The position numbers were made by a program, and so were the translations under genes. A stretch of DNA of 18,208 nucleotides, taken from assembly GCF_006345805.1 (NCBI RefSeq), contig NW_021824754.1:1-18208 (forward strand), given 5' to 3'. Source of the stretch: Octopus sinensis (lineage: Eukaryota). Shown here one piece after another: positions 1 to 7,826 of this stretch. The notes beneath the pieces are model-generated. The model ran no database searches. It was not told the DNA's origin and was given only the letters and a program-made list of their open reading frames with translations. How positions within the stretch are numbered: position 1 is the first letter of the stretch; each line of letters starts with the position of its first letter.

Positions 1-19
1 TACAGTGGCAATTAGCAAC

Positions 20-415
20 ATTAGTCTTAAATATGGGCTTCTCTAAGTTGGATGTATGGTTTTCTAGAAACGGTTATTTTTATTTAACTTCAAGAACAGT
101 GCCACTGCTAATAGAGTAGTCATATCTATCAAAAGTGCTCCATCTGTGACCAACTAGTCTTTTCGCATAAATGAACTAAGTCGAAATAACTCTGCCGTGA
201 TCAATGGCTTTTATTGGAGCAACAAAAACCAATAAAGGTATATTAAACACCATACAAGATAAATTCTTGGTTTATTGAAATTATGTCTGCTTCCAGAGAG
301 GGTACCCCAATCGCTAGGTGGTAATTCGTACAAACTCCAAATGAGAAGGGGCAGATAATCTCATGAATCAAGTATTCTCCAAAGTTGGTACGACATAAAG
401 GAAAATTTTGTCTTA
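20..415 (-). mobile_element. Possible highly decayed CR1/L2-type LINE ORF2 C-terminal relic
   Basis: Minus-strand translation across frames gives short motifs in the order expected after the CR1 RT domain: YVVPTLE (cf. VRPxLEY), HLEFV (cf. LExVQ), PSLE-ADII (cf. SLExRRxxDLI), VGHRW (cf. RGHxxKL), FKTN (cf. FKxxLD). There are many stops and frameshifts, and spacing is only roughly right. Confidence 0.25.
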
Positions 416-612
416 AGTCAAGAGGACAGCCGTCCGCTCCAGTTTCTGATTCAGTGGGCGTCTTGAGCACAACAATGTGCTACCCTTTTTTTTTTTTAAG
501 CCGACGAGAAACTTAGACATACGAAAGGGTTAGGATAGATTTAACGCCTAGATAAGTTACATAAATGAATCGGAAATGAATATGTAACGAAACACGTTGT
601 TATTGTCGCTCT

Positions 613-1208
613 TATTTCGTTTATTGCCCACAAGGGGCTAAACATAGAGGGGACAAACAGGAACAAAGGTATTAAATGAATTACACTGACCCCGGTGTGT
701 AACTGGTACTTAATTTATCGAGCCCGAAAGGATGAAAGACAAAGTCGACCTCGGAGGAATTTGAACTCAGAACATAACGGCAGACGAAATACCTATTTCT
801 TTATTACCCACATAGGGCTAAACACAGAGAAGACAAACAAGGACAAACAAAGGGATTAAATTAATTACATCGACTCCAGTGCGTAACTGGTACTTAATTT
901 ATCGAGCCCGAAAGGATGAAAGGCAAAGTCGACCTCGGCGGAATTTGAACTCAGTACGTAACGGCAGACGAAATACCTATTTCTTTACTACCCACAAGGG
1001 GCTAAACACATAGGGGACAAACAAGGACTGACAAAGGGATTAAATCAATTACATCGACCCCAGTGCGTAACTGGTACTTAATTTATCGAGCCCGAAAGGA
1101 TGAAAGGCAAAGTCGACCTCGGCAGAATTTGAACTCAGAACGTAGCGGCAGACGAAATACGGCTACGCATTTCGCTCGGCGTGCTAACGTTTCTGCCAGC
1201 TCGCCGCC
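613..1208 (-). mobile_element. SINE-B head-to-tail trimer: one full copy (978-1208) plus two 5'-truncated units (794-977, 613-793)
   Basis: Three 181-184 bp direct repeats. The minus strand reads GGCGGCGAGCTGGCAGAAACGTTAGC (tRNA-like head), B-box GAGTTCAAATTC, central GCCTTTCATCCTTTCGGGCTCGATAAATTAAGTACCAG (resembles the conserved metazoan Meta-type SINE domain, from memory) and 3' end AAAGAAATA. Flanked by TTGTTATTGTCGCT (597-610) and TTGTCTATTGTCGCT (1229-1243). Confidence 0.88.
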
Positions 1209-1900
1209 TTGCGAGCTGTAATTGCGCCTTGTCTATTGTCGCTTTTGCAGTGATAGTAGCACTGTTGTTGCTATTGATGTTGGTGGTGGTGCTGCTGATG
1301 GTGGTGGTGTTTGTAAATGTTAATCTTGTTGACTACAATCAACTTTGAAGAGACAATTTATTTTCAAGACACTTTGTGATCAAAAGAAAGGAAACCAATA
1401 AAACAATTAAATGTCGAATAAATGGCTTTTTTTAAAGGTTGTAACTCAGTATAAACTGGAAGTTCAAAAGGGGAAGTTATTATGCGTTTATTACTTTATT
1501 CGAATGAAAGACGTAATGTCGGTATTTTTGCTGAAGGTTTGGTTTCGGTGTTGGGCTATGCTCTTAACCCTACTGGCCAAAAGGGATGAACAACCCTCTG
1601 TTAAGTATCTATTAATGTTATATCGCTGAAGGACTGCCCACGGATACTACGGACTACCCTGTAACCATCCCAGGAATATGGACTATGATCTTAAGAGACA
1701 TGTGGTTTGTGGAAACGCGCGTAGTGATGCATTAAATGCTTATAACTGCCATCAAAGGATTATTGTTATTATTACTATATTCATCCTATATTATATCGGT
1801 ACAGCTCGATGCGACCCCCAAAAACTGGTTCACCAGTGAGCATCATTAGACTGTGACCGGCATAATGGAAGCTTTATTTGATTATTCAAAACACTTTTCG

Positions 1901-2141
<241 letters not shown>

Positions 2142-2341
2142 TAGTTGGAATTTTAAAAAAAACAAACAAACAAAACAGAAGACGAAGACGGGTGTGTAAA
2201 CAACAAACAGATGTATTAGTTTAACGCTCGGGATGTGAGAAAGTCTTTTACGTTTCGAGCCTACGCTCTTCAACAGAAAGGAACACAGAAATAAACAGGG
2301 AGAGAAAATAAAAAAAGGTTTAGTGGTTTGCGATCAATCAT
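2142..2341 (-). mobile_element. Short interspersed element with a hammerhead-like motif (probable Penelope-like terminal remnant), copy 1
   Basis: The reverse complement is homologous to 11631-11836 over about 200 bp, contains CCTTT-CTGTTGA-A-GAGC-GTAG-GCTC-GAAACGT-A-AAAG, and its 3' end abuts a TA microsatellite. Confidence 0.6.
2243..2281 (-). ncRNA. Minimal type I hammerhead ribozyme-like motif (variant core CUGUUGA)
   Basis: Stem I CUUU/AAAG, core CUGuUGA(A), stem II GAGC/GCUC with GUAG loop, GAAA, palindromic ACGU in place of helix III, and a GUA cleavage triplet. Confidence 0.45.
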
Positions 2342-2429
2342 ATGTTTGGTAGAAGCAGGATAAATAGAACTCAAATATGGGTATATATATATTTTGTAAT
2401 TTTTAATGGGCAGAAACTTACATAGGTGA

Positions 2430-2686
2430 ATCTGTGGCGTATGTGTTACCTCCAGCTGGACGGGACGCCAGTCCATCACACCGTTACTCAAGAAACAGAA
2501 GGAAGGAGTGAGAGAATGTTGGGGCGAGAGAGTACAACAGGGGTCGCCACCACCCCCTGCAGGAGCCTCGTGGAGCTTTAGGTGTTTTCGCTCAATAAAC
2601 ACACACAACGCCCGGCCTGGGAATCGAAACCGCGATCCTCCGACTGCGAGTCCGCTGCCCTAACCACTGGGCCATTGCGCCTCCAC
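2430..2686 (-). mobile_element. tRNA-derived SINE-D (V/CORE-like domain)
   Basis: Minus strand: GTGGAGGCGCAATGGCCCAGTGGTTAG (A box), GGTTTCGATTCC (B box), and GATGGACTGGCGTCCCGTCCAG domain. Homologous to 4462-4765. Confidence 0.88.
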
Positions 2687-2726
2687 AGTTACGAGGTATG
2701 CACGTAAGAAAATAATATCCATTCCT

Positions 2727-2798
2727 TTGCAAGGGGAAGTTTCGATCTTAGGACTTTGGGGTTATAGGTCCAGCACGCTTCTTCTGTACCACTCTACT
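2727..2798 (-). pseudogene. Decayed initiator tRNA-Met (tRNAi) pseudogene; anticodon CAT changed to TAT
   Basis: The 72-nt reverse complement AGTAGAGTGGTACAGAAGAAGCGTGCTGGACCTATAACCCCAAAGTCCTAAGATCGAAACTTCCCCTTGCAA aligns without gaps to eukaryotic tRNAi-Met (about 52/72 by manual comparison with the vertebrate sequence as I recall it). It keeps the initiator-diagnostic T-loop GATCGAAAC, but its stems are broken. No CCA; a T4 run lies about 14 nt downstream. Confidence 0.85.
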
Positions 2799-3671
2799 AC
2801 GAAACTAAAGAACATATTAATTTTTATATTGTCTGTTCTGAGTCACAATACTTCCGTTGCATCATTCGTCACAATCGTCTATTCTTCCCTTCGCACCAGA
2901 TTTCAAGTCTTGTGCTTATAACAGGAGGAATTGTGGTTAATCATTAGACTACGCTATACAAATGTTCTCTTTTTAAGACGGCCGGGAAGTTTGTAGAAGA
3001 TTTGTCCCTCCTATTCGTAGCAAGCCAGGTGACAATCTCACGGTACCCTCGTTGGCTCGCAGCCGTAACTGTTTACGACCGCGTAATTGCAGCGTGTTAC
3101 TACTCGGAATGTTTTCTTACATTAAATAATGATTTCTATTTTATCGTTAATAATAAAAGCTGTTGGAAGTTCCTTAGAAATGAATGAAACAAAACAGCAT
3201 GAAGTGGGGGAGGTGCTGGCTTTCTTTCATACACTAATCATTAAAAATATTTATTATAGCATTGATACATAAAGACAGGAAATCCTGCTCGTACATCGTT
3301 GTACCCCGTGTATTTAATATGTTACAGAAATAATTCGTAGTTTATGATATTTCCTCTGACGTCTTCTCATTAATTGCTCGCTTCAGAAATCTCATAAAAA
3401 AGAGAAAAGGTTTATCAGACTATTATGTGTTTAATTGTTAATTGTTAATATGATCATAAAAGGGTAATGACCGCATATTTTTATCACTTATTCAGGAGGA
3501 TAAAGGTAAGTGACCTTAAGAGGTCTTGGGAAATTTAGCAAGGTGGAACAAAGCTATTTTAAAGCACCGCAATGATGAAGGGGGACGAAACTCCTTAAAA
3601 AAGAGCTCAGTTTTTTTTTTTTTTGTTAGGGATGAGGCCCAACAAATTGGATCCATCGCCCCACTTCACCT

Positions 3672-4000
3672 TTGCTGAATGGTTTAGAAGTTCGCTTCGC
3701 AACAACGAGGTTTCAAGGTCGATCCCACCGCTGGCTGCCTTTGGCAAGTATGTCCTTTCCTCGGGTTGACCCATCCTTTACCTGTGAAATTTGGAAGAGG
3801 GAAACTGTACAGAAGCCCGTTAGATGGACTGCACATGTAATTCAAAACAGACAGCCTTGTCGCATACTGTGTCACACGGATTCTCATCGAGAATTGCGTT
3901 AAGAATGCACGTGACTGTGGACTGCTCAGCTACATACACCTTCATTCAAGAGCAAATAATTCTGCTGATCAAACAATTTAATCCTCATCGTCCAGCGACG
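3672..4000 (+). mobile_element. Old composite SINE: SINE-A 5' half joined to SINE-C 3' half
   Basis: 3672-3820 matches the SINE-A head (GGCAAGT...GAAACTGTACAGAAGCCCGT). 3838-4000 matches 16980-17130 (AATTC...CAGCCTTGTC...GTGTCAC...CTCAGC...TGATC). Strongly diverged. Confidence 0.65.
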
Positions 4001-4044
4001 AAGGTCCACCAGACCCCCCCACCGCCTCCTGTAAAACATGTTTG

Positions 4045-4456
4045 GGATCTTTTCGGTTTGAACGGCAGTTTTTTCTAGCGGTGTCATATGAAATTGTCAC
4101 CCATAATTATGACCCTAGTATCGATCTATTGCATTTCAATCCATTTTAGGGTTAGGGTTAGTGGTGGGGGAAGTGTATCTTTTTTTCTTCACAAATAAAC
4201 CCAATCTGTTTCTAAAACGAGGGACATATTCATACGGCACAGAATGTTGTTTATCTCAATGGACGTCAGTGATTGGTTGAAATTGGCAGAAATTGAAGAA
4301 AAAAAACCAACAAATATCTTACAAACTATAGAATTTTCTCAATAAAGCCAAGAGAAAAAGATGTTTTATAAGCACATTTTACCAGTATACGAAGATACAA
4401 ATTTTTTAGTTACCTAGAAATTATGTTAAAAACTGCCGTTCAAACCGAAAAGATCC
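4045..4456. mobile_element. Non-autonomous DNA transposon (MITE), Merlin-like
   Basis: Perfect TIRs of about 29 bp (GGATCTTTTCGGTTTGAACGGCAGTTTTT ... AAAAACTGCCGTTCAAACCGAAAAGATCC) and an 8-bp TSD CATGTTTG (4037-4044 and 4457-4464). GG termini with an 8-bp TSD fit the Merlin superfamily. Confidence 0.88.
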
Positions 4457-4461
4457 CATGT

Positions 4462-4765
4462 TTGTTCCTTCTCTAGTCACGCCTGGCTCATAAGGGCCGG
4501 TTTCCCGGTTTCCTTGGCGTATAGGTTCCCCCCTCCCTGGACTGGACGCCAGTCCGTCGCAGGGGAGCTGTAAAATGCAGGAAGAAAGAGTGAGAGAAAG
4601 TTGTGGCGAAAGAGTCAGCAGAAGTTTCGCCATTACCTTCTGCCGGAGCCGCGTGGAGCTTAGGTGCTTCGCTCATAAACACACACATCACCCGGTCTGA
4701 GATTCGAACCCGCGATCCGTCGACCGCGAGTCCGCTGCTCTAACCACTAGGCCATGTGCCTTCAC
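4462..4765 (-). mobile_element. Full-length tRNA-derived SINE-D
   Basis: A box TGGCCTAGTGG, B box GGTTCGAATCT, GCGACGGACTGGCGTCCAGTCCAGGG domain, and tail ATGAGCCAGGCGTGACTAGAGAAGGAACAA. A 14-bp TSD CCTGTAAAACATGT lies at 4028-4041 and 4766-4779. Confidence 0.92.
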
Positions 4766-5065
4766 CCTGTAAAACATGTCATATAAGAAATCAGTTCATA
4801 GAAGCTTTTAATACGTATAGTAAAAAACGCATTATGGGGAAACGGGTGGTGAGGGTGGCGATGGTATGCGTCAGTTAAAGTTCGTAACTTTACATGAGAT
4901 GGTATGTTGTTTCGGGATGTCTGTTCGTCTTAGAGAAAGGAACATATTTTTCTTGTTTTTTTATATATAATTATTTTTTCTCTTCTGTCTTAGACGAAAC
5001 ATTCGATTATGATTTTCCCCATTGTTTCATACGATGTTACCCGAACTCACGGGACAAACGTTAAC

Positions 5066-5207
5066 GTATAGTGGTTGAGTGGTCAAGAAGCTCGCTTTGT
5101 AGCACTACCACATGATTCTGAGTTCAACCCTACTGCACGTCACCTTGGGCAAGTATCTTCTTCTATAGCTGTGGGCTGTGAATAACTTTGGTAGACGAAA
5201 ACTGTGT
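5066..5207 (+). mobile_element. SINE-A 5' half, diverged
   Basis: GTGGTTGAGTGGTCAAGAAG, GAGTTCAACCC, CACCTTGGGCAAGT and TTGGTAGACGAAAACTG match the other SINE-A copies; followed by a TA/GT microsatellite. Confidence 0.75.
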
Positions 5208-5277
5208 TAATTCTTCCTATATATATATGTGTGTGTGTGTACATACCTACATATATATGTCTATATACATGCTTATA

Positions 5278-5460
5278 TGGGGTTACAGGACGTCAAAAAA
5301 CATGAACAAAGAAACGAGAACATAAAAACAAAAACATGGAAAACGAACTTTTTTTCGAACAACGAAAGAAACAAATAGAGAAACGAGACAGGCAACATAA
5401 AGAACATTCCCTTTATCAGTTGTGTCCTGTTTTATCTACCCCGCGTTTCGAACGTAGGGG
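5278..5460 (-). mobile_element. Short microsatellite-flanked element, possible Penelope-like terminal remnant
   Basis: Bounded by TA repeats on both sides. The minus strand contains TTCGAAACGCG and CTGATAAAGGG (hammerhead-core-like words, not in the canonical type I order) and a T-rich 3' part. Confidence 0.35.
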
Positions 5461-5461
5461 C

Positions 5462-5462
5462 A

Positions 5463-5549
<87 letters not shown>

Positions 5550-5566
5550 TATATATATGTATATAT
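5462..5566. repeat. (TA)n microsatellite
   Basis: Direct reading. Confidence 0.97.
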
Positions 5567-5572
5567 TACTAC

Positions 5573-5753
5573 GGCATTCCGTCGGTTACGACGACGAGGG
5601 CTCCAGTTTCCGTCTACCAAATCCACTCACAAGTCTTTGGTCGGCCCGAGGCTAGAGTAGAAGACACTAGCCCAAGGTGCAACGCAGTGGGAATGAACCC
5701 GGAACTATGTGGTTGGTAAGCAAGCTACTTACCACACAGCCACTCCTGTGCCT
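5573..5753 (-). mobile_element. Chimeric SINE: SINE-A head (5753-5604) fused to SINE-C 3' tail (5608-5573)
   Basis: Minus strand: ...GGATTTGGTAGACGGAAACTG|GAGCCCTCGTCGTCGTAACCGACGGAATGCC. Other SINE-A copies continue GAAACTGAAAGAAGCC here, and the tail matches 17100-17130. Confidence 0.8.
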
Positions 5754-5826
5754 ATATATATATATTATATATATATATATCTATATGTGTGTGTGTGTGT
5801 GGTGTGTGTGTGTGTGTGTGTGTGTG

Positions 5827-5863
<37 letters not shown>

Positions 5864-5930
5864 TGTGTGCGTTTGCACATATATACATACACATATGTAC
5901 ATACCTACATATATATGTTTATGTACATGC
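5754..5930. repeat. Compound (TA)n(GT)n microsatellite
   Basis: Direct reading. Confidence 0.95.
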
Positions 5931-6327
5931 ACGCACGAAATTGAAGCTGAAGCACAAATCCGGATAAACGGATCGCCTCAAGACTGTATCCTGTTTATCA
6001 ATTCAAGTTGGGAATTGAAGTAGCTTCGACGGCTGTGGAAAATAATACTGATGCATGTTGAATGAGAAACATCAAAACTAATTTCTTTATGTTCGTTTGT
6101 AACGATGATCACACACGTGTGACATATTTCGTTACATTACGATATAGTGACATTTTCGAGCAATTAAAAAGAATTATGTCAAGTGTTAGTGTTATTTAAT
6201 AACGCACTATTTATTTGTTAACGAGCACGGCTAACACCCACGCCGCGGAAGTATAATTGCGTCTGTTGCGTGATTTGCCTTCCGAAGGTGTTTCTACGAC
6301 GCCAGAAACTGGTCTTTCTCTTTGGGG

Positions 6328-6742
6328 CTCTTTTTACTCTTTTACTTGTTTCAGTCATTTGACAGTGGCCATGCTGGAGCACCGCCTTTAGTCGAGCAAA
6401 TCGATCCCAGGACTTATTCTTTGTGAGCCTGGTATTTATTCTATCAGTCTCTTTCGCCGGACCGCTAGGTTATGGGGACGTAAACACACCAACATCGGTT
6501 GTCAAGCGATGCTGGGAGGACAAACACAGACACACAAACACACACATATATATACATATATATATATATACATATATACGACAGGCTTCTTTCAGTTTCC
6601 ATCTACCAAATCCACTCACAAGGCTTTGGTCGGCCCGAGGCTATAGTAGAAGAGACTTGCCCAAGCTGCCATGCAGTGGGACTGAACCCGGAACCATGTG
6701 GTTAGTTAGCAAGCTACTTACCACACAGCCACTCCTACGCCT
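6328..6742 (-). mobile_element. Full-length SINE-A with internal microsatellite
   Basis: Head AGGCGTAGGAGTGGCTGTGTGGTAAG, B-box-like GGTTCAGTCCC, CORE-like CTTGGGCAAGT, internal (TA/TG)n at about 6523-6579, and a 3' half ending in GAAACAAGTAAAAGAGTAAAAAGAG. Homologous to 13818-14270. Confidence 0.92.
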
Positions 6743-7087
6743 CGAACCGATTCAAGGATTACTGGCCGTATCCCTAAACACACACATAATGGCGTATTGC
6801 TCCCACATAGGAGACGGTGTTACTGCAGATGCGGTCACTACTGTCATTATTGCATGCACCCATAAATGCATATATATGTGTACATGCTCGCATATGTGTG
6901 TGTGTGTGTGTGTGTGCATGGATACATTCGTGCATGGTTGCATGAACGTCTGTTCGTACACACGTGTGAATGGAACGATCGCTGAATCGATGGGTTCAGG
7001 TAGTTTCGTACGTACATACGTACATATGTATGTATGTATGTATGTATGAAATGTATGTATTTATGTAATGTATGTATGTATGTATAT

Positions 7088-7593
7088 ACTAAAAAAAAAA
7101 TAAATTGTGATGGTACACAAGCACCGGTTGCGTTGGACTGGACACCTTATTAGAATGGAGGATAGAAGGATTCCTAAGCAGATGCTCTATGGAGAACTTG
7201 TGAATGGAAGGAGACTCCGGCAGAAACCAAGGCTGCGATTTAAGGACTGTGTTAAGTCCTCGTTAAAGGCCTTTGATATGCAGGACACTGACTGGGAGAA
7301 CAATGCCTGTCATCGCCACAGATGGAGGAAGCAGGTTAAGGAGGGGATCGACACTTTTGAGAGAGCACGTATCCAGCATGAAGAACTTAAGCGAGCTGCG
7401 CGAAAGCGCACGGCTCGTATAGTGAATGGGGAAAGCTTGGTCTGCAATGTTTGCAGTCGTGTATGCTTGTCAAGAGCAGGGCTCATTAGCCACCAACGGA
7501 GCCGCAAATGCAAAATATAAGTTAGTCCTAGAGCGCACAATGTTCCTGAAGGTCGGCAATGGTCTTCCTCGGTCACGAGTGGACGGCCATCAT
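7088..7593 (+). mobile_element. 5'-truncated RTE-clade (BovB-like) LINE: ORF C-terminus (7107-7520) plus 3' UTR
   Basis: Translation RLRWTGHLIRMEDRRIPKQMLYGEL..GRR...PRLRFKD..K.....DWE..A..R..WR..VKEG...FE with a C-terminal CNVC...GLISHQRS zinc-finger-like motif is typical of the RTE post-RT region. The short 3' UTR runs into (GTAT)n, and the frame is uninterrupted. Confidence 0.93.
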
Positions 7594-7643
7594 GTATGTA
7601 TGTAATGTGTGTATGTATGTATGTATGTATGTATGTATGTATG

Positions 7644-7674
<31 letters not shown>

Positions 7675-7715
7675 TGTGTGTATGTATGTATGTATTATGT
7701 ATGTATGTATGTATG

Positions 7716-7826
7716 TCATTATTCAGTTTATTCAAGATTTCTTGCCAACAGAGAAAGAACCGGTTTCTAGCCTAGATCCAAGGCTCCTTCACTGGAATTT
7801 CAACGTCAACAACAGGGTATTTTTTT
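7716..7826 (-). mobile_element. Short element in (TATG)n with a degenerate hammerhead-like hairpin (possible Penelope-like terminal remnant)
   Basis: Minus strand: CCAGTGAAGG-AGCCT-tggatct-AGGCT-A-GAAACCGGTT (perfect 5-bp stem followed by GAA and palindromic ACCGGT), then AATAAA and the microsatellite. Confidence 0.4.

Noticed and set aside
243-470. 75-aa minus-strand ORF as a host gene
   Set aside because: Non-ATG start, no recognisable domain or convincing splice context; at most a decayed LINE.
613-1208. Retrozyme-type or CRISPR-like interpretation of the ~184-bp tandem units
   Set aside because: I found no CUGANGA...GAAA hammerhead core on either strand and no unique spacers; the units are SINE bodies.
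2610-2686. SINE heads here and at 4690-4765 as functional tRNA genes
   Set aside because: They continue into shared SINE bodies, one has a TSD, and I could not form a proper acceptor stem.
5962-6017. Two adjacent hairpins (GATAAACGGAT/ATCCTGTTTATC and CAATTC/GAATTG)
   Set aside because: Short and imperfect, single occurrence, no known RNA motif; plausible by chance.
6423-7049. 208-aa ORF
   Set aside because: Antisense read-through of SINE-A plus microsatellites; similar peptides recur at other SINE-A copies.
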